Positions 50,366 to 63,721 of a stretch of DNA of 64,000 nucleotides are shown here, one piece after another. The notes beneath the pieces are model-generated. The model saw only the letters and a list, made by a program, of their open reading frames with translations. It ran no database searches and was not told the DNA's origin. The translations under genes were made by a program, and so were the position numbers. The stretch's first letter is position 1. Each line of letters opens with the position of its first letter. The DNA comes from Octopus vulgaris (lineage: Eukaryota): positions 9,052,001 to 9,116,000 of the forward strand of contig OX597817.1 in the NCBI GenBank assembly GCA_951406725.2. Reading direction: 5' to 3'.

Positions 50366-53300
50366 AAGATTTGACTGTTATTTCTAGCAGGCTGAACGTC
50401 TCCGTCAAAGTTCTTTTACTGCCTCCTGGTAGTGGGGAAAGCCGGGACAGCAGGAAGATTTGACTGTTATTTCTAGCAGGCTGAACGTCTCCGTCAATGT
50501 TCTTTTACTACCTCCTGGTAGTGGGGAAAGCCGGGACAGCAGGAAGATTTGACTGTTATTTCTAGCAGGCTGAACGTCTCCGTCAAAGTTATTTTACTGC
50601 CTCCTGGTAGTGGGGAAACCAGGGACAGCAGGAAGATTTGACTGTTATTTCTAGCAGGCTGAACGTCTCCGTCAATGTTCTTTTACTGCCTCCTAGTAGT
50701 GGGGAAACCAGGGACAGCAGGAAGATTTGACTGTTATTTCTAGCAGGCTGAACGTCTCCGTCAATGTTCTTTTACTGCCTCCTGGTAGTGGGGAAACCAG
50801 GGACAGCAGGAAGATTTGACTGTTATTTCTAGCAGGCTGAACGTCTCCGTCAATGTTCTTTTACTACCTCCTGGTAGTGGGGAAAGCCAGGGACAGCAGG
50901 AAGATTTGACTGTTATTTCTAGCAGGCTGAACGTCTCCGTCAATGTTCTTTTACTGCCTCCTAGTAGTGGGGAAACCAGGGACAGCAGGAAGATTTGACT
51001 GTTATTTCTAGCAGGCTGAACGTCTCCGTCAATGTTCTTTTACTGCCTCCTGGTAGTGGAGAAACCAGGGACAGCAGGAAGATTTGACTGTTATTTCTAG
51101 CAGGCTGAACGTCTCCGTCAATGTTCTTTTACTGCCTCCTGGTAGTGGGGAAACCAGGGACAGCAGGAAGATTTGACTGTTATTTCTAGCAGGCTGAACG
51201 TCTCCGTCAAAGTTCTTTTACTGCCTCCTGGTAGTGGGGAAACCAGGGACAGCAGGAAGATTTGACTGTTATTTCTAGCAGGCTGAACGTTTCCGTCAAA
51301 GTTCTTTTACTGCCTCCTAGTAGTGGGGAAACCAGGGACAGCAGGAAGATTTGACTGTTATTTCTAGCAGGCTGAACGTCTCCGTCAATGTTCTTTTACT
51401 GCCTCCTGGTAGTGGGGAAAGCCGGGACAGCAGGAAGATTTGACTGTTATTTCTAGCAGGCTGAACGTCTCCGTCAATGTTCTTTTACTGCCTCCTGGTA
51501 GTGGGGAAACCAGGGACAGCAGGAAGATTTGACTGTTATTTCTAGCAGGCTGAACGTCTCCGTCAATGTTCTTTTACTGCCTCCTGGTAGTGGGGAAAGC
51601 CAGGGACAGCAGGAAGATTTGACTGTTATTTCTAGCAGGCTGAGGCTGAAACCAGGGACAGCAGGAAGTTTGACTGTTATTTCTAGCAGGCTGAACGTCT
51701 CCGTCAATGTTCTTTTACTGCCTCCTGGTAGTGGAGAAAGCCGGGACAGCAGGAAGATTTGACTGTTATTTCTAGCAGGCTGAACGTCTCCGCAAGTTCT
51801 TTACTGCCTCCTGGTAGTGGGGAAACCAGGGACAGCAGGAAGATTTGACTGTTATTTCTAGCAGGCTGAACGTCTCCGTCAATGTTCTTTTACTGCCTCC
51901 TGGTAGTGGGGAAAGCCGGGACAGCAGGAAGATTTGACTGTTATTTCTAGCAGGCTGAACGTCTCCGTCAATGTTCTTTTACTGCCTCCTGGTAGTGGGG
52001 AAACCAGGGACAGCAGGAAGATTTGACTGTTATTTCTAGCAGGCTGAACGTCTCCGTCAATGTTCTTTTACTGCCTCCTGGTAGTGGGGAAAGCCGGGAC
52101 AGCAGGAAGATTTGACTGTTATTTCTAGCAGGCTGAACGTCTCCGTCAATGTTCTTTTACTGCCTCCTGGTAGTGGGGAAACCAGGGACAGCAGGAAGAT
52201 TTGACTGTTATTTCTAGCAGGCTGAACGTCTCCGTCAATGTTCTTTTACTGCCTCCTGGTAGTGGGGAAAGCCGGGACAGCAGGAAGATTTGACTGTTAT
52301 TTCTAGCAGGCTGAACGTCTCCGTCAATGTTCTTTTACTACCTCCTGGTAGTGGGGAAAGCCGGGACAGCAGGAAGATTTGACTGTTATTTCTAGCAGGC
52401 TGAACGTCTCCGTCAATGTTCTTTTACTGCCTCCTGGTAGTGGGGAAACCAGGGACAGCAGGAAGATTTGACTGTTATTTCTAGCAGGCTGAACGTCTCC
52501 GTCAATGTTCTTTTACTGCCTCCTGGTAGTGGGGAAACCAGGGACAGCAGGAAGATTTGACTGTTATTTCTAGCAGGCTGAACGTCTCCGTCAATGTTCT
52601 TTTACTGCCTCCTGGTAGTGGAGAAAGCCAGGGACAGCAGGAAGATTTGACTGTTATTTCTAGCAGGCTGAACGTCTCCGTCAAAGTTCTTTTACTGCCT
52701 CCTGGTAGTGGGGAAACCAGGGACAGCAGGAAGATTTGACTGTTATTTCTAGCAGGCTGAACGTCTCCGTCAATGTTCTTTTACTGCCTCCTAGTAGTGG
52801 GGAAAGCCGGGACAGCAGGAAGATTTGACTGTTATTTCTAGCAGGCTGAACGTCTCCGTCAATGTTCTTTTACTGCCTCCTAGTAGTGGGGAAAGCAGGG
52901 ACAGCAGGAAGATTTGACTGTTATTTCTAGCAGGCTGAACGTCTCCGTCAATGTTCTTTTACTACCTCCTGGTAGTGGGGAAACCAGGGACAGCAGGAAG
53001 ATTTGACTGTTATTTCTAGCAGGCTGAACGTCTCCGACAAAGTTCTTTTACTGCCTCCTAGTAGTGGGGAAACCAGGGACAGCAGGAAGATTTGACTGTT
53101 ATTTCTAGCAGGCTGAACGTCTCCGTCAATGTTCTTTTAATGCCTCCTAGTAGTGGGGAAAGCAGGGACAGCAGGAAGATTTGACTGTTATTTCTAGCAG
53201 GCTGAACGTCTCCGTCAATGTTCTTTTACTGCCTCCTAGTAGTGGGGAAAGCAGGGACAGCAGGAAGATTTGACTGTTATTTCTAGCAGGCTGAACGTCT

Positions 53301-56300
53301 CCGTCAATGTTCTTTTAATGCCTCCTAGTAGTGGGGAAACCAGGGACAGCAGGAAGATTTGACTGTTATTTCTAGCAGGCTGAACGTCTCCGTCAATGTT
53401 CTTTTACTGCCTCCTAGTAGTGGGGAAACCAGGGACAGCAGGAAGATTTGACTGTTATTTCTAGCAGGCTGAACGTCTCCGTCAAAGTTCTTTTACTGCC
53501 TCCTAGTAGTGGGGAAACCAGGGACAGCAGGAAGATTTGACTGTTATTTCTAGCAGGCTGAACGTCTCCGTCAATGTTCTTTTACTGCCTCCTAGTAGTG
53601 GGGAAAGCAGGGACAGCAGGAAGATTTGACTGTTATTTCTAGCAGGCTGAACGTCTCCGTCAAAGTTCTTTTACTGCCTCCTAGTAGTGGGGAAACCAGG
53701 GACAGCAGGAGGATTTGACTGTTATTTCTAGCAGGCTGAACGTCTCCGTCAAAGTTCTTTTACTGCCTCCTAGTAGTGGGGAAACCAGGGACAGCAGGAA
53801 GATTTGACTGTTATTTCTAGCAGGCTGAACGTCTCCGTCAAAGTTCTTTTACTGCCTCCTAGTAGTGGGGAAAGCAGGGACAGCAGGAAGATTTGACTGT
53901 TATTTCTAGCAGGCTGAACGTCTCCGTCAATGTTCTTTTACTGCCTCCTGGTAGTGGGGAAACCAGGGACAGCAGCAAGATTTGACTGTTANNNNNNNNN
54001 NNNNNNNNNNNNNNNNNNNNNNNNNNNNNNNNNNNNNNNNNNNNNNNNNNNNNNNNNNNNNNNNNNNNNNNNNNNNNNNNNNNNNNNNNNNACTGTTATT
54101 TCTAGCAGGCTGAACGTCTCCGTCAATGTTCTTTTACTGCCTCCTGGTAGTGGGGAAAGCAGGGACAGCAGGAAGATTTGACTGTTATTTCTAGCAGGCT
54201 GAACGTCTCCGTCAATGTTCTTTTACTGCCTCCTGGTAGTGGGGAAACCAGGGACAGCAGGAAGATTTGACTGTTATTTCTAGCAGGCTGAACGTCTCCG
54301 TCAATGTTCTTTTACTGCCTCCTGGTAGTGGGGAAAGCCAGGGACAGCAGGAAGATTTGACTGTTATTTCTAGCAGGCTGAATGTCTCCGTCAATGTTCT
54401 TTTACTGCCTCCTGGTAGTGGGGAAAGCCGGGACAGCAGGAAGATTTGACTGTTATTTCTAGCAGGCTGAACGTCTCCGTCAATGTTCTTTTACTGCCTC
54501 CTGGTAGTGGGGAAACCAGGGACAGCAGGAAGATTTGACTGTTATTTCTAGCAGGCTGAACGTCTCCGTCAATGTTCTTTTACTGCCTCCTGGTAGTGGG
54601 GAAAGCCGGGACAGCAGGAAGATTTGACTGTTATTTCTAGCAGGCTGAACGTCTCCGTCAAAGTTCTTTTACTGCCTCCTGGTAGTGGGGAAACCAGGGA
54701 CAGCAGCAAGATTTGACTGTTATTTCTAGCAGGCTGAACGTCTCCGTCAAAGTTCTTTTACTGCCTCCTGGTAGTGGGGAAAGCAGGGACAGCAGGAAGA
54801 TTTGACTGTTATTTCTAGCAGGCTGAACGTCTCCGTCAATGTTCTTTTACTGCCTCCTGGTAGTGGGGAAAGCCGGGACAGCAGGAAGATTTGACTGTTA
54901 TTTCTAGCAGGCTGAACGTCTCCGTCAAAGTTCTTTTACTGCCTCCTAGTAGTGGGGAAACCAGGGACAGCAGGAAGATTTGACTGTTATTTCTAGCAGG
55001 CTGAACGTCTCCGTCAATGTTCTTTTACTGCCTCCTAGTAGTGGGGAAAGCAGGGACAGCAGGAAGATTTGACTGTTATTTCTAGCTGGCTGAACGTCTC
55101 CGTCAATGTTCTTTTACTGCCTCCTGGTAGTGGGGAAAGCAGGGACAGCAGGAAGATTTGACTGTTATTTCTAGCAGGCTGAACGTCTCCGTCAAAGTTC
55201 TTTTACTGCCTCCTAGTAGTGGGGAAACCAGGGACAGCAGGAAGATTTGACTGTTATTTCTAGCAGGCTGAACGTCTCCGTCAAAGTTCTTTTACTGCCT
55301 CCTAGTAGTGGGGAAAGCAGGGACAGCAGGAAGATTTGACTGTTATTTCTAGCAGGCTGAACGTCTCCGACAAAGTTCTTTTACTGCCTCCTAGTAGTGG
55401 GGAAACCAGGGACAGCAGGAAGATTTGACTGTTATTTCTAGCAGGCTGAATGTCTCCGACAAAGTTCTTTTACTGCCTCCTAGTAGTGGGGAAACCAGGG
55501 ACAGCAGGAAGATTTGACTGTTATTTCTAGCAGGCTGAACGTCTCCGACAAAGTTCTTTTACTGCCTCCTAGTAGTTGGGAAACCAGGGACAGCAGGAAG
55601 ATTTGACTGTTATATCTAGCAGGCTGAACGTCTCCGTCAAAGTTCTTTTACTGCCTCCTGGTAGTGGGGAAAGCAGGGACAGCAGGAAGATTTGACTGTT
55701 ATTTCTAGCAGGCTGAAACTAGGGACAACAGGAAGATTTGACTGTTATTTCTAGCAGGCTGAAACCAGGGACAGCAGGAAGCTTTGACTGTTATTTCTAG
55801 CAGGCTGAACGTCTCCGTCAAAGTTCTTTTACTGCCTCCAGGTAGTGGAAAGCAGGGACAGCAGGAAGATTTGACTGTTATTTCTAGCAGGCTGAAACTA
55901 GGGACAACAGGAAGATTTGACTGTTATTTCTAGCAGGCTGAAACCAGGGACAGCAGGAAGCTTTGACTGTTATTTCTAGCAGGCTGAACGTCTCCGTCAA
56001 AGTTCTTTTACTGCCTCCTGGTAGGGGAAAGCAGGGACAGCAGGAAGATTTGACTGTTATTTCTAGCAGGCTGAAACCAGGGACAGCAGGAAGATTTGAC
56101 TGTTATTTCTAGCAGGCTGAACGTCTCCGACAAAGTTCTTTTACTGCCCCCTGGTAGTGGGGAAAGCCAGGGACAGCAGGAAGATTTGACTGTTATTTCT
56201 AGCAGGCTTGAACGTCTCCGTCAAAGTTGTTTTACTGCCTCCTGGTAGTGGGGAAACCAGGGACAGCAGGAAGATTTGACTGTTATTTCTAGCAGGCTGA

Positions 56301-57190
56301 ACGTCTCCGTCAAAGTTCTTTTACTGCCCCCTGGTAGTGGGGAAAGCCAGGGACAGCAGGAAGATTTGACTGTTATTTCTAGCAGGCTGAACGTCTCCGT
56401 CAAAGTTCTTTTACTGCCTCCTAGTAGTGGGGAAACCAGGGACAGCAGGAAGATTTGACTGTTATTTCTAGCAGGCTGAACGTCTCCTGTGTCAAAGTTG
56501 TTTTACTGCCTCCTAGTAGTGGGGAAACCAGGGACAGCAGGAAGATTTGACTGTTATTTCTAGCAGGCTGAACGTCTCCGTCAAAGTTCTTTTACTGCCT
56601 CCTGGTAGTGGGGAAAGCAGGGACAGCAGGAAGATTTGACTGTTATTTCTAGCAGGCTGAACGTCTCCGTCAAAGTTCTTTTACTGCCTCCTGGTAGTGG
56701 GGAAAGCAGGGACAGCAGGAAGATTTGACTGTTATTTCTAGCAGGCTGAACGTCTCCGTCAAAGTTCTTTTACTGCCTCCTGGTAGTGGGGAAAGCAGGG
56801 ACAGCAGGAAGATTTGACTGTTATTTCTAGCAGGCTGAACGTCTCCCACAAAGTTCTTTTACTGCCTCCTGGTAGTGGGGAAAGCAGGGACAGCAGGAAG
56901 ATTTGACTGTTATTTCTAGCAGGCTGAACGTCTCCGTCAAAGTTCTTTTACTGCCCCCTGGTAGTGGGGAAAGCCAGGGACAGCAGGAAGATTTGACTGT
57001 TATTTCTAGCAGGCTGAACGTCTCCGTCAAAGTTCTTTTACTGCCTCCTGGTAGTGGGGAAACCAGTGACAGCAGGAAGATTTGACTGTTATTTCTAGCA
57101 GGCTGAACGTCTCCGACAAAGTTCTTTTACTGCCTCCTGGTAGTGGGGAAAGCAGGGACAGCAGGAAGATTTGACTGTTATTTCTAGCAG
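50366..57190. repeat. Satellite array, 89-bp unit, about 75 or more copies; 100-N gap at 53992-54091
   Basis: Unit GATTTGACTGTTATTTCTAGCAGGCTGAACGTCTCCGTCAA(T/A)GTTCTTTTACTGCCTCCT(G/A)GTAGTGGGGAAACCAGGGACAGCAGGAA. Confidence 0.98.
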
Positions 57191-57502
57191 TGGTGGTGAT
57201 CAGTAAAGGGAGATCACTGTAACAGCCATGTGTCATTTTTCCTCTGCACCGCTTTGTTGTCACACGCTGCACCTCACAACAAACCAAACGTTTACAGCTT
57301 TGGGGTAACACAAAACTACAAACCATTAGAAGATCTACCTAAAAGACACACAGATTTTGTGATATAAATGTAGAAAAGATATAATCATCCCGGATAGAGA
57401 ATTTTTTAAGTTATCACAAGGTATGAGTGTTTATAATTTTAATTGTTTTTATCACACTTGTTTACATTCTTCTTCCTTAATTGCTTTTGTTTGTTTATAG
57501 AT

Positions 57503-57782
57503 CAGTGGTTTTCAACCAGGGTTCTGCAGAACCTCAGGGTACCGCGGAACCTTAGGGTTCCGCCAGTACAGTCCAAGGGTTCCGCGGAACCTTAGGGTTC
57601 CGTCAGTACAGTCCAGGGGTTCCGCAAGAAGTTACAAAACTGCTAAAATCGACAGTAATTTTTAATTCTCCTGTGCAGATATCTGTGCATAAGACAATTA
57701 AATTATTATTGCCCAGGGGTTCCTCGAGCCAGTGGAACGTTTCCTTGGGGTTCCGCTTCAGCAGAAAGTTTGAAAAGCACTG
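57503..57782. mobile_element. hAT/Charlie MITE
   Basis: CAGTGGTTTTCAA..TTGAAAAGCACTG; internal GGGTTCCGC repeats; TSD imperfect. Confidence 0.8.
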
Positions 57783-58009
57783 GTTTATACCGATATTCTC
57801 CGTCTATATTGATTTAGTTCTCCTGCTAGTCGCTGACTGTTATTCAGATTAGTTAGTCATCTTACAATTCATCAGTCTGATTCACGTTTACATCATCTAT
57901 TGATTGATTGCCAAACTAACTCGATATATGGCGGTGCTCCAGCATGGCCACAGCTCGTGAGCTGAAACTAGATAAAATAAAATAAAATATCTGTCATACA
58001 GGAAACTAT

Positions 58010-58280
58010 TTCGGCGCTTTTCCTTCGTGCTTGCCATGTCATTTGACCAAATAATAATATATGACATCGATGACTTACACAATAGATAGGCTTTCCTTGC
58101 AAAATCCTGTTTGTTCGCAACGATAGTCACTTGCCACAAACTGTTTTTGATACACCTCCAAACGTGCCCATCTGCACGATGCATTTCACATCCTTACCAT
58201 AACCAAATGTGCTGAAGAAGGCCATTATTTTGCAGAAAAGTACTTCGTGTATTTCCTTTTAATAGTCCTAACTCTTGACA
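58010..58280 (-). mobile_element. Possible Merlin-type transposase N-terminal fossil
   Basis: FLQNNGLL..DGHVWRC..IIIWS; resemblance only. Confidence 0.4.
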
Positions 58281-58389
58281 CACATGGGTACTCAATAGTC
58301 CAGTTTTACTCGAGTTAATTAAGAATGTAATTAAAATATACAGTGGATCCGTCTTCAATAATAACGACGACGTACCGAATGTTTTATAG

Positions 58390-58703
58390 CAGGGATTCAC
58401 AACGACCTTTTTTTTTTTTTTGTTTGTTGACCCCTTTGATTACTATTTCATTCTGGCGGACCCCCATAGCCATTTCTTTCAAAATTCCTATTTTGTTCTT
58501 CACACTTTAACTTGTATAGGTTGAACTAGGTAAAATGTTAGAGAAAGAAACCTGGCTATTTCTTGCAATACATAACAATACATACATCTAAAGCAAACCT
58601 TTTTTTTTTTTGGAGGCCCTTAAAATATTGTGGCTCCCCAATTTACTAGTTTGTTATGTGAACCCCCAAAAGTCTTGTATGGACCCCGGTTTGGGAACTA
58701 CTG
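58390..58703. mobile_element. hAT/Charlie MITE
   Basis: CAGGGATTCACAA..TTGGGAACTACTG; TSD (T/C)TTTATAG. Confidence 0.8.
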
Positions 58704-59162
58704 CTTTATAGTATCTAGCCGCACGTTACTTAGACTACTTTACATTCGTCCCATAATAGTTTCGTTTTCAAGGATTCACTCTTTCTACAGAGTAAATACT
58801 TTTACTTGCCAACATTGCACCGTTTCTTTAATTAATAATTAACTATTCTTCTCAACGAAGAATTCTATCCGAAACGCGAGGCGTCTCTTCTTTATCACAG
58901 ACAATTTAGGTACCTGTTTGTTTAAGAGTGGATTTCAAAAAACTCACACCTGACTTTTTTTTTAGTATGATTTGGTTTTTATGTTTTAATTATCAGATTC
59001 TGAGAATCGGAAAATAAGAAAAAATTGGGCGATCTTCCAATTTGTCCTAGAATCGAAAGATTGACAATATTTCCTTTTTGTAATCAGAAAAAAAATTAAT
59101 AAAGTTCGATTTATGGCTACTTTCTCCTTTAAACTCTTACGTATATAGAGAATACAGAATAC

Positions 59163-59203
<41 letters not shown>

Positions 59204-60433
59204 TTTTATTTACTTCCTTTAAAAAGATGAAAAGTATTCACACACATGAAAGGGTGTGTGTTAAATAAACAACCAGACTTAAGCGAATTTCACACTATTA
59301 ATGTGTGTTTGTTGTTATTTAGTTCCCGGTCAGCTTTAATCAGGTAGACCTATGATCAAAGGCGTTCCATCTATGACTGTCACATTTATTTCTTTTTTCT
59401 TTCTCTTTCATTAATGGTACACCGAATTGGCTACTGTTTCTAGAAAGTCGAGATGTCACGTACAACACTGTTAACCAATTATTATTCGTTTCCTGGAACT
59501 ATTTACTAAAACATACACTCAACTAATTCTTACTTGATTAAATATCATTCTAGTTATCCTTCGAAAAATAAATGCCATTTGCAACTGCTTCCTAAACTAA
59601 ATAGCATTTTGTCCGGTTATCACATCACTTGATTTAACTAAAGTTAGTTCTATGTTACCTAACTAAAGTTAGTTGTATATTGCCCTATAGAGGACAGAAA
59701 AGATTGAGTTACTAAATATAGTAACTACTACTACTACTACCTCTACTACCGCCACTGCTGCTGTTACATCAAGAATATTTTTAAAGATAACTCGTGACTA
59801 AATATTCGAAAGATATTGTTTAATTAGGCTCAAAAACTCTAATGTAAAAAAGTGTCACAAATATAATTACAACAAAGTTAACCAATTTCAATATCAGCTT
59901 CTTATATTAACGTAACTTTCATTAAGGGATTAGTAATTTGCGACACATTAACTATCGTCGTCATCACATCATCATCATTTATTTAATGTCCGTTTTCCCT
60001 GCTGGCATGGGTTGGACGGTTCGATAGGAACTGGCCGGCTGAGGAGCTTGCCTGGGCTCCATGTCTGTTTTGGCACCGTTTCTATGGCTGGATGCCCTTT
60101 CTAATACCAGCCATCATTTTACAAAGTGTACTGGGTGCTTTTTTACATGATACCAGTGCCCATGAGCCTGCAAGATTAGAATCACTCCGCTGAAGAAAGA
60201 TGAATAAGACATGCCTGTATACAAAGAGAACCATGATTTTACTAACATGTTCATCATTATCATCATCATCGTTTAACGTCCGCTTTCCATGCTGGCATGG
60301 GTTGGACGATTTGACTGAGGACTGGCGAACCAGATGGCTGCACCAGGCTCCAATCTTGATCTGGCAGAGTTTCTACAGCTGGATGCCCTGTTATTAATGT
60401 AAATAGGATTCAGAGAATGAATCAAGTATATAT

Positions 60434-60650
60434 TATTTCTTTACTACCCACAGAGGGGACAAACAAGGACAGACAAAAGGATTAAGTCGATTACATCAGC
60501 CTCAGTGCGTAACTGGTACTTAATTCATTGACCCTGAAAGGATGAAAGGCAAAGTTGACCTCGGCGGAATTTGTACTCAGGACGTAACGGCAGACGAAAT
60601 ACGGCTACGCATTTCGTTCATCATGCTAATGTTTCTGCCTGCTCACCGCC
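60434..60650 (-). mobile_element. SINE family B monomer
   Basis: 14-bp TSD AATCAAGTATATAT. Confidence 0.9.
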
Positions 60651-60837
60651 ATAATCAAGTATATATATATAAATATATATATATATTTCCTCTACCTAAT
60701 TACGTTACTCAGTGACGATAAATGCTGTGACTACAAAGACCCGGGCTGCTTTCTGCAGCAATTCCACATACCCCCTACTCATTCTAAGTACCCCGGATCC
60801 CCAAAGTACCCTGGATCCCCAAAGTACCCCGGACCTC

Positions 60838-61103
60838 GTTGCCCCTGTGCCGCTGACACGTTAAAATGCTCGAACCGATCGTGACGATGCCGGACCCTCC
60901 GGCCCCTGTGCAGGTGGCACGTAAAAAGCACCCAATCCACTCACGGAGTGGTTGGCGTTAGGAAGGGCATCCAGCCGTAGAAACTCTGCCAGATTCAGAC
61001 TGGAGCCTGGTGCGGCCCCTGGCTTCCCAGACCCGGTCAAACCGTCCAACCCGTGCTAGCGCGGAAAGCGGACGTTAAACGATGATGATGATGATGATGA
61101 TGA
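60838..61103 (+). mobile_element. RTE-type LINE 3'UTR fragment
   Basis: Homologous to 62512-63176; (GAT)n tail; other fragments at about 59954, 60251, 61381, 61802 and 63722. Confidence 0.85.
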
Positions 61104-61115
61104 TATATGTATGTG

Positions 61116-61162
<47 letters not shown>

Positions 61163-61258
61163 TAATAATAATATATACTTCAAAATGTGACCGCATGTGT
61201 ACCGTTGTCGATTTTGTTTTTCTCCATCTTCTCTTCTTTGGATCTTTCCTTTACCTAT

Positions 61259-61293
61259 GTTTCTGACGAAGATCTCCGCTCGAAACGTTAAAC
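61259..61293 (+). ncRNA. Minimal hammerhead motif in pLTR-like repeat (61181-61378)
   Basis: GTTT-CTGACGA-A-GATC/TCC/GCTC-GAAA-CG-TT-AAAC. Confidence 0.62.
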
Positions 61294-61963
61294 CCTCCTT
61301 CTTTCCTGAGCGTCCAATAATACCATACTTGTTCCACGTCCTCGTGTTGTTATGTTTTCATGTTTGGATTAACTATATATAACACTGCCAGATCTGACTG
61401 GCCTGGTGCAGCCTTCGGGCTCCCCAGACCCCAGTTGAACCGTCCAACCCATGCTAGCATGGAAAACGGACGCTAAATGATGATGATGATGATGATGATG
61501 ATATATATATATTTAACGGTGATGCATTAGCATGGCCGCAGCTCTGAGCTGAAACTAGAGAGAAAAAGAAAATATATATATATCATTCCATGCTTTCCAC
61601 TTATTTTCGATAAAATCTGCAAGTGTTAACCTGGGATCTCTTGACACCAATGTAACCTTCATTTAACTAAGGTATCTTCAGCCTGATTAGTAGCTAGTGG
61701 AGTAACCCTCGTTGAGTAATTACTACTTCTGAGGTTCTGCTAGCTAGGAAACATACATAGCCTGCGTTTTGCCTGTTCCATTCCCTAAATTTGGATATCT
61801 ATTATCATCATCATCATCATCTTAAGTTCACTTTTCCTGTTGGCATGGGTTGCAGGGGTAATCACAGTTCAAGTTTTATCTTATAGGCAGCTACTCCTCC
61901 CATAGACTGGTATTCATATATATTATCTTGGTTTGGTTTCCATGGCTGAATGCTCACCTTATC

Positions 61964-62175
61964 TATTTCTTTACTACCCACAAGGGGCTAAACAGAGAGA
62001 GGACAAACAAGGACAGACAAACGGATTAAGTCGATTATATCGACCCCAGTGCGTAACTGGTACTTAATTTATCGACCCCGAAAGGATGAAAAGCAAAGTT
62101 GACCTCAGCGGAATTTGAACTCAGAATGTAACTGCAGACGAAATACAGCTAACGATTCTGCCAGCTCGCCGCCTT
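61964..62175 (-). mobile_element. SINE family B monomer
   Basis: 15-bp TSD AATGC(T/C)CACCTTATC. Confidence 0.9.
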
Positions 62176-62511
62176 AATGCCCACCTTATCAACAACCACT
62201 ATACAGTTCTTACTGGCTGCTTTTTCTTGCAGAGCCAGCATTGGAGAGGTTTATGTGTCTTCAATGAGACAAGACTTAAGGAACCTAGCAGCATAAGCTT
62301 TCTCTGCTTGTTTGCCAGCCACTTTACACTATATGCATGGTGCGTCTATCCTGACTCCAGCACTAAGTAGGTTGTCAGGTCCTTAGTGAGACAGGACTAA
62401 GAGACATTTCAACTCTGTTTCTGCTCATTCATCAATCACTCAGTGGGGTGGAGCTGCAAGAAGATTCTCCATTGTGATGCTAACATACAAGGTGGTGGTG
62501 GTGGGGATACC

Positions 62512-63176
62512 TTCATCATCATCATCATCATTGTTTAACGTCCGTTCTCCATGCTAGCATGAGTTGGACGATTCGACCGGGGATCTGGGAATCCAGAAGG
62601 CTGCACCAGGCTCCAGTCATATCGGGCAGTGTTTCTACAGCTGGATGCCCTTCCTAACGCCAACCACTCCGGTGAGGGTAGTGGGTGCTTTTTACATGCC
62701 ACCTGCACAGGTGCCAGGCGAGCTGGCAACGGCCACGGTTGGATTGGTGCATTTTACGTGCCACCGGCCAGAACCAGAGGCGGCACTGGCATCGGCCACG
62801 ATTCGGATGGTGCTTTACGTACCACCAGTCCAGGGGTCCTGGCATCTGCCGGGTGCCAGTCATAGGATTGGTTCAATTTCAATTCCGATTTCGATTTCAC
62901 TTGCCCCAACAGGTTTTCGCAAGCAGAGAAGTGGGGTTGGCATGGGTGCCTGTCGTCAGATGAGGTTCGATTTCGACTTCGCTTGCCTCAACAGGTCTTT
63001 GTGTATCCAAGGGAGGAAAGGCATGCATAAGTGGGCTGGACTCACTTGTCCTGCCTGGTCTTCTCACGCACAGCATATTTCCAAAGGTCTCGGTCGCTGG
63101 TCATTTCTTCAGTGAGGCCTAAAGTTCGAAGGTTGTGCTTCACCACCTCGTCCCAGGTTTTCCTGGGTCTACCTTG
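62512..63176 (-). mobile_element. RTE-type LINE 3' end (ORF C-terminus plus 3'UTR)
   Basis: GRPRKTWDEVVKHNLRTLGLTEEMTSDRDLWK; (GAT)n tail. Confidence 0.88.
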
Positions 63177-63462
63177 TACACTGTAAACGTAGAGAGTACT
63201 TAGTGACCTAAAATATCTACTTTCACTGAGGTAATATGATGAAGAAGAGAGGGAACAATAGACAGCCAGAGTGGGTGAGTGAAAGGAGCAAGAATAGGAT
63301 GGTAGATAGAGAGTGAGTGGGGGTGAAGACAAGGTAAGTGATGAGCAGTAGCAGAGGTGAGCATTGCAAGTGTAGGGTATGATGATAAATAGAAATGATC
63401 CAGAGGAAAGAGGATGTAGGGTGGCAGTTAGATAGGGTTAGGTAGAGTGTAAGTCTCATATA

Positions 63463-63674
63463 CAGGGTGGCCCAAAACTAGGTTTACAGTTATCACATAG
63501 GCACTTTAAATTTTTTTTAAAACATTTTATTACATTTAAATTTCTGTCTTACAATTAACTGAATTAGAATAGAATAATGGTTCCATATTTTTTTATAATT
63601 AAGATCTAAACTGCTAATGTATGAATGCAAAAGAGATAGTTGAATAACTGTAAACCTACTTGTGGGCCACCCTG
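63463..63674. mobile_element. Tc1/mariner MITE
   Basis: About 30-bp TIRs CAGGGTGGCCCA..TAGGTTTACAGTTAT; TA flanks. Confidence 0.9.
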
Positions 63675-63721
63675 TACATTGGCCCAGAGATGAAAGAATA
63701 AGTTGAGTGATGAGGATGGTC

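Noticed and set aside
50366-57190. CRISPR-like array, coding repeat, or ribozyme-bearing satellite
   Set aside because: No unique spacers and no cas genes; unit length is not a multiple of 3; no CUGANGA..GAAA core or complete HDV fold seen
57190-57340. Possible minus-strand exon after TGTGTCTTTTAG
   Set aside because: Peptide unrecognisable and the frame runs into the satellite without a clear donor
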